Source of the DNA: Paraspadella gotoi
Lineage: Eukaryota > Animalia > Chaetognatha
Direction: 5' to 3'
Length of the DNA stretch: 64,000 nucleotides
Assembly: GCA_051294375.1 (NCBI GenBank)
Contig: CM119267.1
Location: 11,299,865 to 11,363,864 of the forward strand
How positions within the stretch are numbered: position 1 is the first letter of the stretch; each line of letters opens with the position of its first letter. The position numbers were made by a program, and so were the translations under genes. The notes below the pieces were generated by a model. That model was not told the DNA's origin and made no database searches. It was given only the letters and a program-made list of their open reading frames with translations. This document shows, one piece after another, positions 12,745 to 25,794 of the stretch.

Positions 12745-14670
12745 TTGAAGTTCTTCAGCCCACCGGTATCTGATGATAACCTTAGAAGGCAATCGATCGG
12801 TTGCTGAAAATGTCAGCCGCCAAGTCGGCGGAGGGAAATCATGGAAGAGGCGTCCACCGGTAACGGTCGTTCTGAACGTACGCTTCGACGCGGTAATCGC
12901 CGCTATGCGCAGGAAACCGCCGTCGGCTTTAGAAACACGACTTGAAGGGGCGAAAGCCCAATGGGCTTGACGCAGGGACGATGTCCGTAGCCGCTCCAAT
13001 TCGGCGAACTCGGGCCTGTCGCCGCCGCCAAGGCTTCTCCGGAGGGACCAGAACGGCCTTGCTCTCTGCGGAAAAACCGGATGACCTTGGGTCGGAATAT
13101 GATGGCCACGCATGACCCGGCGCGGGCGGACGAAAAGATGGGCGTACGTCAGTTCAAGGGGCAATCGTCGAGCAGGTTTGATGAAGGGACATTGTTCACC
13201 TCCGGGCGGGGGAACCCGCTCAGTAGGCGAGGCTGTTTGGCGCTGCAGCGGATCGTTTTCGAACGTCGTGGCGTCAACGAGCCTCTTGTGGCCCACGGTC
13301 GGACTAGGAAGACCATGGGCGTCGGAAGGAAAAATCGGACGCCAAAAAATTGGCCGGCGTCAACGTCGGCTACGACCACAAAAACGGCAAACTGAAGTCT
13401 GACGTCGAGAGACGGAGAGTCATTGGTCCTTTGATCCCGTAAGGCGGGAATGGAGGAACCATTTCGCGGCTCGTAGCGCGTCGAGGCCGCCCGGTTGGCC
13501 TTATTTCCCAGGCCAAAAGGCCGGCAAAAAGGGGACTTGACGGTCGGCCACCCGTCTGTCGACGAGGAAACGAGGAAACTCGAGGGCCGGAGTATAATCC
13601 CCGGAACCAGGAAGCCAGGAGATGAGATCGCCGACCGACATGCTCACTTGCGGCCGGCTCGGGCGCTTTCCCCGGGGGCCTTGATCTTCTTTCTTCTTGT
13701 CGCCGGGCCTTGTGGTGTGCACGGCGGTTGCAGCCGCCGACTCCGTTCGCCGGAAAACTTGCAGGATGATACCAGCACAGTCCATGCCGGCTGCAGAGGG
13801 GGCTGGCGAACAGTCTGGCATTCTTTATCCGCCGTCAGGGACCATCGCGGTTTCCCTTGTGACGCCGGGCCGTCGGCGGGGTGAAGCCAGCCGCCATGTC
13901 GGGCGAAGGTCCGTACCTCGTTCCACCATTGGGTGAACCAGTCGGCGTCGAAATACTTCGCGCCGCCTTGTGCGAAGATCCTCAGCTCCGCGGGCGTGCT
14001 GAGGTGACCCACGAACGCGACCTTCGGAGGGAGGGTCCCTTCAGCGTTGAGGCGCCCGCAAGCAAGGTCGTCGACGGTCCCAAAAACCCCTCTGCCGAGC
14101 CGAGATTGCCGGTGAGAAAAATCCCGAGGGTTTTTCCCCCAAGATTGCGTAGAGGAAATTTAGTTCTCCGGCGCCCTTTCCCGCCATTCTGTCGGTTTGT
14201 ACGCCTTCCAGTAGGCGCGTTTTGAGGGCCTCGTACGGATTCGGTTTTGATTCCTGGGGCGCTCGAGGAGAAAAAATCTCGTATTTTTCCTGTGCCATTC
14301 CTCCCTCGCTCAAAAAGCCGTACGGAACGTGGTGATACTGCGTTAGAAAAAAAAACCGAGCATGTTCTTGACGGCGTAGGTGGGGACTTCCGCTCGGACG
14401 AACCAAGGGAGAAATCGGCGTCGTTGGTCCAAGGAAACTCCGGGAGTTGACTGAGACGGCCGATGATCGAAGGCGTTGAAATAGCAAGCGGCCAATGACC
14501 GTCTTGGAAAAAAAACAGAGGGGCGAGTTGGCGAGAAAGGGAAAGAAGGGGATTACCCCCCTTAGACAATCTTTTTAGATAATCATCCCGTTCAACGGTC
14601 TAAAAAACAAGGGACCTGGGAATCAGAAGGCAGGGAAAAAATAAAGTTCTTCGTTCGGGCTCACCAGTTA
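12745..14670 (-). mobile_element. Degenerate Ty3/Gypsy LTR retrotransposon (DUF7041 gag, CsRn1-like): gag-protease-partial RT
   Basis: Consensus with the 63.5-kb copy reads MAAASTPSTSAVSVKLPEFWTNDADLWFVRAESQ..LTKYHHVV..PYEALKTRLLE. Also CWYH..F..C.PPC knuckle (~13720-13780), FLVD-TG protease (~13550), RLVDATT, and RT WASPL..GDYR..GYHQIP (12765-12965). PBS-like TGGTGAGCCCGA at ~14655-14667. Confidence 0.85.
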
Positions 14671-15221
14671 AAGGGGCCACTTTTTGCATAAGTAAAGGTA
14701 ATCATTTATCATTTGATAATTAACGGCGAGCGACGGAAATAAAGAAAACAAATGTACAAAACGCTTAAGATATTTCACGGCATCGGACGCTGAATCGGAA
14801 AGCCACGCGTTTAAAAATTTACCAGTGCAACTTTGATCCGTTTGTTTGTTGATGAATACAAAAATAACGTTTTACAATTAGGTATCGATACAATAAAACA
14901 GATAGTTAAAATACATGTTCGAACACGAAAGGTACAAATCGAAGTAGTTTACAGAAATGATAATGCATCATCAATTGTTAATTGAATAATTCTAACCAAA
15001 AGTAAAAAACACTAAAAAAACGTGTCAAATTTCTTCAGGAAGGGCTGTGAAAAATCTTTTAGGTTTTGTGCTTTTCGTTTAAGCTCTCTGGCAGTCGTCG
15101 GTTTTCGCCGGGCTCTGGCCAATGCGCGTTGAGGGGCGAGAGATATTTTGTTCCGTGTCGCTTGATCCGAGCAAAGGCGGTCTTCAAACCAATAAAACTA
15201 GTTGACGTTTTGTTAGTAAAT

Positions 15222-15246
15222 NNNNNNNNNNNNNNNNNNNNNNNNN
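15222..15246. other. Assembly gap (25 N)
   Basis: N run. Confidence 1.
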
Positions 15247-15778
15247 TCTCTCTCTCTCTCTCTCTCTCTTGAACACAGCAGAAAGAAAGACAATTTCCAG
15301 AGATAAAAACGATAAGAGAGACAAAAGTCGGAAAAAGCGAAACAAAAACAAAGAGGCGGAAAACAAAAGAACAGAAACTCGTTTTGGAGTGAGATTCACG
15401 CAATCGTGGGATGGGAAACTCTTGCCCCCTCGGTGACCCCCTTCGACGATTTGGTCAGATCCCTTGGAGCGACGGGACGAAGCCTCGATCCCTTTTCCCC
15501 TTCCTCCCTCCACGCAACCCTCTCCCTTTTTCTAAGACTCTTTTCCTCGAAAAGATCCGACGGCGACGGTCACAGCCAAATGATAAAAAAGTATTTACAG
15601 AAAAAAGAAAACGTTCGGGATTTTTACTTCCGCCGTTTGACCTTTTGTTTATATCGAGTGGTTCATGGTAAATCCGTGAGAGCGATAGTATCTGTTGAAC
15701 GTCACTTACGTCTTACTGAGTTTGTGGTTATGCTCGGTTTTTACAGGAAAAACGCAAGAACTCGTTGGGGAAAAAATA

Positions 15779-15855
15779 GATTGATTGATTGATTGATTTT
15801 TTTATTTATTGATTTATTTATTGATTTATTTATTTATTGATTTATATATATATTT

Positions 15856-15898
<43 letters not shown>

Positions 15899-16052
15899 TT
15901 TTATTTATTTATTTATTTTTCTTTCTTTTTTTCTTTCTTTCTTTTTCTTTCTTTCTTTCTTATTTATTTATTGATTTATTGATTTATTGATTTATTGATT
16001 TATTGATTGATTATTTATTGATTTATTGATTTATTGATTTATTGATTATTGT

Positions 16053-16151
<99 letters not shown>

Positions 16152-16152
16152 T
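15779..16152. repeat. Compound (ATTG)n/(ATTT)n/(CTTT)n microsatellite
   Basis: Seen directly. Confidence 0.95.
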
Positions 16153-16394
16153 TTTCCTTCCAAGCGTGCCGGAAAGGACCATGTCAAAGGTCTTCAATAT
16201 TCCCCCCCCCAAGTCCAACTCGAATTTACCGTACGTCAACCTTGGCAACGCTTTATTTTTTTGCCTCGGGGGCAAGTTCGCTCATGCGTGTAGATTCTCA
16301 GGCTTTCCCGACTTGAGCGAGACCTTACCCTCTATTGGCCCCGAAGGACTTACCCCCGCCCCGACAACCACGCGCCTGAGCAAGAGCTAGTTTT

Positions 16395-16405
16395 TCGTCG
16401 TCGTT

Positions 16406-16443
<38 letters not shown>

Positions 16444-16482
16444 ATCCGTTGGCTCCTTTATTAGTAAATATTTTCTCCAAAA

Positions 16483-16518
<36 letters not shown>

Positions 16519-16572
16519 TCGTCGTCGTCGTCGATCTTTCGTCGTCGTCGTCTTCGTCTCGTCATCGTCGTC
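16395..16572. repeat. Interrupted (GTC)n microsatellite
   Basis: Seen directly. Confidence 0.9.
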
Positions 16573-17048
16573 AACTAGCAGTTTCGTGGGAAAGAAGGAA
16601 AGTCGGGGAAAAAACAGGAAGTATGAAGTTCACGGTGATAAAACTTTTACTGCAGCAATTTTCAGTCTGTATTGCGGCGTAATATTTTTAAGTATGTGTC
16701 CGCAACTTCTTCAAAAGCTAATGTCCCCAAAATGTATTTAAAGGATTTAAAATTTATTTAACAAGTTACGAAGAAAATGCAAGAAGAAATTAATTAGAAA
16801 ATAAATTTTGTAACTGAAACTCATAAATAAATATGCGCGATGGTCGCATTTATGTATAGAAAGAAAATCTGACAACATTTTTCGCCTTGGATGACACACA
16901 AGACAATTTCAACATTAGAATTAATTTTAGCAATTTTAGCAATTTCACTTCGCCTTTGTTAATATTTTATTTTTCTGATTTATTTATTGATTGATTAATC
17001 AAGTCAATTTCTCCATCGTCATTCTCAATACGATTCTTACCCCGTTTA

Positions 17049-17104
<56 letters not shown>

Positions 17105-17347
17105 TTCTCCTATTTCCCTTTCTTTCGCCTCCGGACGCCTTATTTTCCTCATTTGTTCCACTTCGCCACGATTCCAAGTCATCGTCATCATCGTCGTCAT
17201 CGTCGTCGTATTTAGTCGTCGTCGTTATCGACCCCGTCAACCCCCGCAGGTGACCGCCTCTTGAAAGCGCGTGTCGCCATCAGAAGAGTCTGGTTTTTTT
17301 TAAGAATTCAGTGGGAATCGCCCAAGAGGAGAGAGACGGAAGAGAGA

Positions 17348-17378
<31 letters not shown>

Positions 17379-18314
17379 TGAGAAGAGAGAGATGAGGAGA
17401 GAGAGAGAATAAAATAACGTTAGCTGAACCAATTTCATAGTAGGGTTCTTTCAAAAGCCGGTCTTCAGGCGAAGTGACTGAGTCATTTGAACGAAAACAT
17501 AAAACATAAAACATAAAAAAGTAAAAACATAAAGCATACCAATTTCATAAATCATGAAACTCAAATATAAAAAAGACTTCTTTATTTCCCTTAATCTCAA
17601 CTCTACAGAAAAAAAATTAAATCTTTAATTGCCTTAATAAACTGGACTTTAAAAATAAAATGACTAGTCTTTTGTTCATATTGTAAACCGTCTTACACAA
17701 ACGGGCCATCTTGAGCTACAATTGTAAGGAATTACAACAACTAGAGAAAAAACAAAAGGCATAACTAAAAAAAAAATTTTTTTCAAAATTACCGTATGTA
17801 TTATCCGCTAACTAAATACAATCAAACGTATTAAAAAATAACCAAGTCACTATAAATCGAATTATAATTTATTTGTTATACATATTGTCTTTTTGTTTAT
17901 GAACAAAGACGCTTAAAACGAACAGAATTTTATTGAAAATCAAGTTTGTCAACTTGATCATTCAAATGCAAACGTCCTTCACCTGCCAGATCAATATAAA
18001 GTCGTGGCAGAGCTTTCGTCGGTAATCTGGGCTGCACTTAGATCTAATTAGTAAATAACGTAAATTAGTAATATTCTGATATGAAAAAGAACGGAACTGG
18101 TAACAATTGAAATCACAAAAAATACTGGTCTTTGAACTCGCGGAAAATATTTCAAGACGAATTGATAAAATTGGACAAGATTAGCTTCAAGTTCAAATAA
18201 CCGGTTTATGAAATTTAAAAACAACTTTTGAATCATTATTCGAAACAAACTACCCAAAAGTACACATTCTTTTTTTTTGCTGAGTTCACTTTTGAAAAAA
18301 AAAATCATAACACG

Positions 18315-20006
18315 ATGCAGCGCGCGTTTCTTCTCTTGACCCTCTCCGTCTCCATCACCTCTTCGACATTCACTCCTCGCTTGACTCAATTAATGCGCGA
18401 GACTCTCGACGAATTCCACGATCGATTCCAGCGTCGCCCTCCTGCTCGACGAGAGGCTTCGGTCTTCGTCGACGGCGACGATTTCCGCGTCGTCGAAGGC
18501 ATCGATCTGGACGCCGACGCCTACGGATTTTTCGACGATCTTCTCCCGACGACCGGTTGGGGCGTCCTGGAGTTTCGCGCCGGCTACGGATCTTCGGGCG
18601 TCGACGCCGCTTCCGTCTTTGGCGCGGCCGGGTTTCTCGAGGGCTTCCTCACGGCCTCGAGAATTCAGCAGATGCGGAGCAATCTCTTCAACACATTTTT
18701 CGGTGCGGAGCGGAACGAGAAAAATATAAAAAATGTCGAGACTTTCTTGAAGGAGCAGGACGAGTGGACGAAGCAGCGAATCAAAATGTCGGACGACCCT
18801 TTTTGGAGACACGCTCGCTACCTGACGGCGCAACTGGACGGCCTCGTCCGAGGCTACGAGGCTGCGATGAAGAAAGATCGAACGTTAACAAAATTGCGTC
18901 GCTTCGATTTCCTGACGATTCAAGCGTTCGGCGACATCGGCGACATCATGAACGTCGTCAATCCGACGAGCGTGCCCGACTTTGGGAATTTGACAAAAGA
19001 TCAATTGTCGGACTACATTCACGGATTCAGTCGTTGCTCGGTGCTGATCAAGTCGACGTCGGGGTTCGAGAATTTGTTCCTCGGTCACGACACTTGGATG
19101 TTTTACTCGATGACCAACAGGATCTACAAACACTATGACTTCAACACCCGCGACGATGACACGGTCGCCAACGCCTTGTCCTTTTCCAGCTACCCAGGAT
19201 GCCTCATCTCCGCGGACGATTTTTATTTGATGAACAATCGATTGACACTTTTGCAGACGACCAACCCTATCCTCAACGCCTCTCTCTACGATCTCGTCAA
19301 GCCGCAAAGTCTGTTATCCTGGCAACGAGTCCGCCTGGCTAATCATCTGGCGGGAGATGGGGCCGCCTGGTTCGAAGCTTTTCGTCGACACAATTCGGGA
19401 ACGTACAATGATCAATACATGGTGTTGGACTTGAATAAGATCGAACTGAGGCGAGGCATCGCGGACGGAGCTCTGTGGGTGGTGGAGCAGATTCCCGGTT
19501 TGGTGATCGGACGAGACAAAACCGAGATCCTTCGCAACGGCTATTGGGCTTCTTACAACATTCCATTCTTCGAGGAAATCTTCAATCTAAGCGGGTGCGC
19601 CTGGGCAGCTGCTCGTCACGGTCCTGACTTTTCTCACTCTTTGGCGCCTCGTGGCAAAATATTCCGACGAGACGCAAACAAGGTCGTCGACATGGAGTCC
19701 TTCAAGACTCTGATGAGATCCAACGACTTCCTCCACGATCCTTACAGCGAGAGCGACCCGTGGAATGCCATTTGTTCTCGCGGGGATTTGGATCCGCGGG
19801 GGCCCGAGCCGATTGGATGTTACGATACGAAGGCGGCCGATTATAAAATGGCCGTCGAGCGACGCGCTTTCGCCATCAACGGTCCGACGAGAGGTTCGGG
19901 CTTGGGGATATTCGAGTGGAACGAAACCTTTCCGGGCGCCTTTCATTGGGGGACGCCTGAAGAGTACGAATTTGAATTTGTGGAAATGAAGCCGAGTTTA
20001 AAATAA
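18315..20006 (+). CDS. Phospholipase B-like protein (PLBD1-like Ntn hydrolase), single coding exon
   Basis: Signal peptide MQRAFLLLTLSVS; TGWGVLE, AGFLEGFLT, nucleophile R|CSVLIK, SFSSYPG, NSGTYNDQYM, YWASYNIPFF, AICSRGDL, GCYDTK. Confidence 0.95.
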   Translation: MQRAFLLLTLSVSITSSTFTPRLTQLMRETLDEFHDRFQRRPPARREASVFVDGDDFRVVEGIDLDADAYGFFDDLLPTTGWGVLEFRAGYGSSGVDAASVFGAAGFLEGFLTASRIQQMRSNLFNTFFGAERNEKNIKNVETFLKEQDEWTKQRIKMSDDPFWRHARYLTAQLDGLVRGYEAAMKKDRTLTKLRRFDFLTIQAFGDIGDIMNVVNPTSVPDFGNLTKDQLSDYIHGFSRCSVLIKSTSGFENLFLGHDTWMFYSMTNRIYKHYDFNTRDDDTVANALSFSSYPGCLISADDFYLMNNRLTLLQTTNPILNASLYDLVKPQSLLSWQRVRLANHLAGDGAAWFEAFRRHNSGTYNDQYMVLDLNKIELRRGIADGALWVVEQIPGLVIGRDKTEILRNGYWASYNIPFFEEIFNLSGCAWAAARHGPDFSHSLAPRGKIFRRDANKVVDMESFKTLMRSNDFLHDPYSESDPWNAICSRGDLDPRGPEPIGCYDTKAADYKMAVERRAFAINGPTRGSGLGIFEWNETFPGAFHWGTPEEYEFEFVEMKPSLK

Positions 20007-20498
20007 TTTTTTTCAAATTTATTAAATAGAATTTTTTCTTTACGAGACTTTTTACTAGCTAATTTGGTTTTGTTTTTTGTTTTTTATCACGATCTACTTT
20101 CTGGCCACCCGCTACGAAGACACTCCTTAACAAAAAAATTCTAGCCAAAAAATTTTTACGGAAGTTTATTCAGAGAAAATCAACTTTGATTGAAATAGAT
20201 ATATAACGTGAGCTTCTCTCAAAGGATCCACTTTTTGAAGAGAGCTACACAACAATCAACTTTAAATTATGTGGAAGATAACTTGATCGGTCACAATGAA
20301 AAAGTAAAAAAAAAAACGAAGACATAAGAATACTGTTTATCAACAAAGCGACGAATAATTAATTAATCTCTGATAATAACGATAACAAACGACGAGAAAC
20401 GGCGAACGAATTCTGGAATAACGAACTGGCAATCGAATTATAATATTAAAAAGAAAAATAAGAATAAAGTTAGGGACGATCTTCATTTAGTCTTTTTT

Positions 20499-23400
20499 TC
20501 ACATTCCGCACGAAGATCCGATGGCCTCGCGTTCGAACCCCGCCGAGGTCATGTGATTAATTTCGTCTCTCGTCACTCTCGACTTATGACCTCCAGGGAT
20601 TCGCACGTTCATCATCTTGACCTTAAAGGCGCCGTTCCGCTCGGGCAATCGGGGCGGAACCACGCCTATTGACGGCGACGTCTCCACTCGATCCGCGAAG
20701 GTTACGCGAGAGCGAGGACGGTGTTCGAACGGAGCCAATGCGGCGCCGTCGCCGGGCATCGACGCACGACCGCGGCGGATCGGCAGCGGCGGCGGAACGT
20801 CGGCGGCGTCGTTTTTCTTCGCCGTGGAGCAATGTTGCGGCGCGAAGGAGGCCAGCGACGTGGTCTCCGCGGCGCCGGCGTTAGCGACGTCGTTGACAAT
20901 CTCAGATATGAGGTAGATGGTCGAGCGTCGAGGGTCTTTGATCCCGGCGACGCCGCCTGCACAGTCGCCGCAACGCCGAAGCTGATCTCGCAAAGAGTTT
21001 GTGCGGACGACGGTGGCGGTTTGACCGCGGTTGCGGCGATCGTCGGCGGCGGCAGCGGCCTTCATGTCGGCCTCGTCGCTCTCATTGTTTTGAGTCGCCG
21101 AAGGATCGTACAAGAAGTAAGCGTTCTCCGCGGCGGCGTCGGAAGCCTTGTCGGTCGCGGAGGCGCCGAGGTCCTCAGTCGGAAAGATACGGCCATAATG
21201 ATTAGGAGACGGCGGCGGGCTTACGGAGGGCGGCGGGGGCGGGCAGGATGACGTCATCGCTTTAGTCGTGTCCTCACTTCGATTTTCCAAAACAGATTCG
21301 TCTTTCGAGTCGGAATATTCGACGGCGATCGCCTCCTTTTCGTCTTCCCCCTCCTCCTCCTCCTCCTCCTCCTCCAACACCTTCGAAGCCTCCCGGACGA
21401 CTCGCTCGATGGTCGAGCCTTCGCTGCCTCCGCTGCAGCAGCTGTAGTGACCAGAGTCGGTGGAAAAGTCGATGGAGACGGGTCGCGCTGCTCTGGTGCG
21501 AACGGCGCGCAGCGCGACTTTCGGGCGCGTAGCGGAGGAAGAAAGATGGCGAGTCTCCTCGTCCTCTGAAGAAGAGGAAGAGCCGATGCGGCTCGAGAGG
21601 GGGGGCGGGAGAGGGGAGAGCCCAGAGGGCACGGGCTCCATGTAATATTCGTCTCTGATTAGTGGCTCGTTGATTGGAGGACGGCGGGTAACTCCAGACC
21701 CCGCGGGGCCGGCAACGGTGGCGGCTGCGGCCGAAGCGGCGGTGGCGGCAGCGGCAGCGGCAGCGGCAGCACATCGGCATTTTCCCGAAGGGACGTCGCT
21801 GGTTGCGTGAGAAGAATGGAAACGTCGATGCTGCCGCAGATCGTGGAAAGAATCGCCGCCGGCGTGGAAACGGTCGTCGAGCGGAGCCGCCTCTCGAACG
21901 GCGAAGTCCTCGGGCGCCGTGGAAGACGAGCGTCGGTGCTGATCGATCGATATAGGCCGCGCTGGAGCGGAGCGGCAGCAGCAGCAGCAGGAGCGGATTC
22001 GTCGCTGGCACGGCGGCGGCTGACAGATGCGGTGGAGCTGTGAGCAAGACGCTGTAGAGGAGGGCTGGGAGATGACCGATCTAGAGACGAAGCCATGGCA
22101 AGAGACGGCCAGGGTGGCGTCGCCGATGCCCGATTCGACCGAGCCCAGCATCGCGCCGCCAGGGAGACATGAAGACACGCTGCGGGTAAACTCATCTCGA
22201 TGCGAAAGGGACGAAGCCACGGAAGCCGGGCGGAGTTGAGAGGCGGACTTGGAACGGAGGCATCTCTCGCCGGATGAGGACGTCGACGTCATCTCCATCA
22301 TCGCCGAAAGTTCGTCGATGTCGCAAAACTCGCGCTCTTTGCGTCGGGCGACGCTTCCGCGATCGAAGGAAAACTTTAGACCGGAACTGAACCCGGATGT
22401 TGAAGACGCCGGCGAGGAAAGACCGGACAGGATGGAAGGACTCCTCAGTTCGAAAGAGACCTTTTCGATCGGCGACGGAGGCATCGTCTCCAGAGGTGGG
22501 GGAACCGGCGGCGGCGACGCCAGGGACTGCGTAGAAGCGGCGCCGCGGAGAAGGCCGGCGTTACACTGCGCCGCTGCAGCCGCCATCTGACTCGGCCGCG
22601 TCGGAGTGCCGAATGAGTCGAACTTGCGCAAGCGAGAGGCGAGCGGCGGCGGAGGCGGCGGCGGGGAAGGAGGCGGCGGTTCGGAAGGCGGTTCTGGCGG
22701 GAGAGTCGGGGAAGTAGGATAGTCAGGCGGCGGGATCGGTTTCGGTTTTATTTTTGATCGAGACTTTTTCTGCAGCGGAGGAAGAGGGAGTTGGACGGCG
22801 TCGCTGGAGGAAGGGGGGACGATCGGAGGTGGGAACTGGTCGTCGATTTGGCGGAGACGATCGTCGACGAGGGCGTCGACACCGCGTTGGCGACGCCGGT
22901 TCTCGATCACTTCATAGAGATGGGGTAGGAGATCCAAACGGGTTGGTCTGAAGGGAAAAGAAAAAAAAAGAGGGTCTAGTTGTTTTTTTTAATGATATTA
23001 TTTCTTGAAAGGCAAAGAGATTTTATAAATCCGGTCAACACTAAAACAAAAATCAAAGGCGAAGAGCATCTTGGCGTTAATTCGCCTTATTCCCGACCAA
23101 AGACTGAAATTGAGGATGGCGGAGCAAATCCGAAAATTTCCGCCGCGTCCTTCTCTCCGGACCGACGAGACGGGGTCAATCTCGGATCATCCCTTTGTCG
23201 AACATCTTTATGGGGTTGATGGAGGTTTGACGAATGCGCCGTCATTTTAGTTTTTTTTTCGTTAACTATCGTTTTCAAATGAATATTTACATCATATTTT
23301 AAAGCCAATAAATATTCTTTTTAATTCAAATAATTTATTAAGAGTAAAATTTTATCTATGAGTACAAAAACTAGGTAAATTAGATAATCGTCTTAAACAT

Positions 23401-23977
23401 TCACAACATTCCTTGCATAATGTTCACTTGTTCAGTAACCCATAAACTTTTACTTTTAATGTTTATTTTCACAGCTATGGGCGAATTAATGTATTTGTTA
23501 TTTCGCCGTTCGTGCATCAACGAGAAAAAGTGAACATCTGGTTTTCGTCAATTTTCCCCGATTTGTGGACTTAACCTTTGATCGAGTTTTCGCGATCGAA
23601 ATCGTAAAAACGGTTGACAGAATCGATTCACAAAAAGCTCACAACGTTCGAAAATTAGAAATATTTCCAAAATTCAGATCATTAAAATTTTATACAACGG
23701 GATTTAAAAAAAAAAGATCTTACCTCGGATGACGATGTAGAAACGCGGGCGCCATCTCCAGCGACAATTCCTGAGCCACTCGCGCCGATTCGCCGGCGCC
23801 TTCTTCCTCGTAATAGAAAGGAGGAAGATCGTTGCGTCTCACGGCGTCGACGGGAAACGCGTGGCGCCGCTCGGGTCGGCGCTTGTCGTTGATACAGAAG
23901 CCGTCGATATCATCGTCGGCGTCGTCGCGGCGTCGTTGCTTCCGGCGTTTTAGTTTTGATCCAATTGCTTTCAACAT
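20499..23977 (-). CDS. Two-exon 900-aa low-complexity Pro/Ser-rich protein of unknown family (exons 23977-23724 and 22947-20499)
   Basis: An 812-codon open frame joins in phase with the upstream ATG exon through AG|gtaaga ... ttcag|A (..HRHPRPTRLDLLPH..); GC-rich coding-like composition. Confidence 0.75.
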
Positions 23978-24603
23978 GGCGGCGGTGGGATTGACGGGCG
24001 GGCGTGAAAAGTAACGCCGATCGCGGTGTTCGAAAATCTGCCTCCCGAGAAGCGACGGCGGTGGCGCCGCTTTGACCGGATTCCGTTGGCGCCGCGGGAG
24101 GGAGAGATTGTCTTTTGGGTTAAAAGGAGATCGGTGGAACGAGAGAGAGAGAGAGAGAAAAAGAGTGAGAGTGAGAAAGAGACTCCTGAGGTGGTAAAAA
24201 GTTGAGGTGAGAGCGAGAGACCGAGAGAGCGAGTGTGGAAACGAATGGGCGAGATGAATGAACCCTGTTTCGATCGACTCGCGAGTTTATGGGTCGAAAC
24301 TCGAGGCCTACGAGGTCGTAGTCCTTTTCTTCGTTGGTATCGTCGTCTTCGTCGTCGCTATCGTCGTTCCCTTCGACGAATGAACCTGTGGAGAAGAAAT
24401 AAGCGAGGACAAGGGTAAATAAAACGCGAGTTTCTTTCTTTTTTTTCTTTTTTTGCGAGTAAGAGAGTGATAGAGAGAGAGATAGAGAGAGAGAGGGATC
24501 GGAGGGGAGAATGAAAACCCGAGGACGAGTCATGTTCGGAGACGCGATGAATGGGTCAGGTTCGAGCGAGCGAAAAAGAAATGAAAAGAATGGAGCGAAT
24601 AGC

Positions 24604-24694
<91 letters not shown>

Positions 24695-25257
24695 ATGAAT
24701 GAATAGGTGGCGATTAAGACAAGAGAGAGTCGAGGGTGAATGAGATTTCGATTTTCTTTTTCCTCGGTCGAGTTCGGCGGTGAAAGGCACGGGCTTAATC
24801 GCGAGGCAAACAAGGAAAAACGAGGGGAGAAGAAAAACCGAAGACGACGTTAATGACTTTTATGCTGCGCATGCGCAGTCGAGACGACGAAATATAATTT
24901 GAAAAGGTAATGGAATTTAGAGACGAGCTTAGCAAAGAAATGTCAACTGATCTCGCCTTGATTAAAATGAAGTAATTTTTCTGATTTAAATTTAAATTTC
25001 TGAATTAAATCAACCGATATAACCGAATATCGATGTGTTTAAAACTTTTATCAAAATCCGCTGCGTCGTTTTAATTTCAAACCCGAAAAGACGAGAAGTC
25101 CGTTGGACGATCGGAATTTCGAGACGCCATCTGCTTGCGGGATTGCTTACCCCAACGGCGGCCAATTAGGCCTTGCCCTACCCTGACTGCGTCCGACGTA
25201 AACCGAGTCTCTGTCGCGTCAGCTAATCTTTAAATTGCGACTCGTAAATAGAGGAGA

Positions 25258-25301
<44 letters not shown>

Positions 25302-25755
25302 TAGCTTTTCATCGCCAGGAAGTCGATGTCGTGAGTGGATAAGAGAGGTCGTGATTTTAACTCGACGCCGTCAAGTGAATTCCCTTCGTCATTTTTAACG
25401 CCTCGATGACGCCACGCGGACTCGATCTATTACATCACGTGACATCCTATCAACCCCCCCCCTTTTCCCGAACTTCCGATGACCTCGAATGACCTTGGGA
25501 AAAACACACTTCGGTTATATCGGTTTCGTCGAGGAGTTCGTAATGTAAACGAATTTCGTGACGGAACGGATGAGACCGGATGTGGAAGATCTTCGCGCTT
25601 CCGGATGTGAATGAATTGAAGAGGATCGTTATTCCGAATTAAACAGGAATATCTCAAAGCCCGGATGCAAGAGAATCTTACGATTAGATGTAAGAGGCTC
25701 GTTCGTCGATCGTTGCCTCGAAATCCGATTCTTTCCGGACTTAGAAGGCGGAATG

Positions 25756-25794
<39 letters not shown>

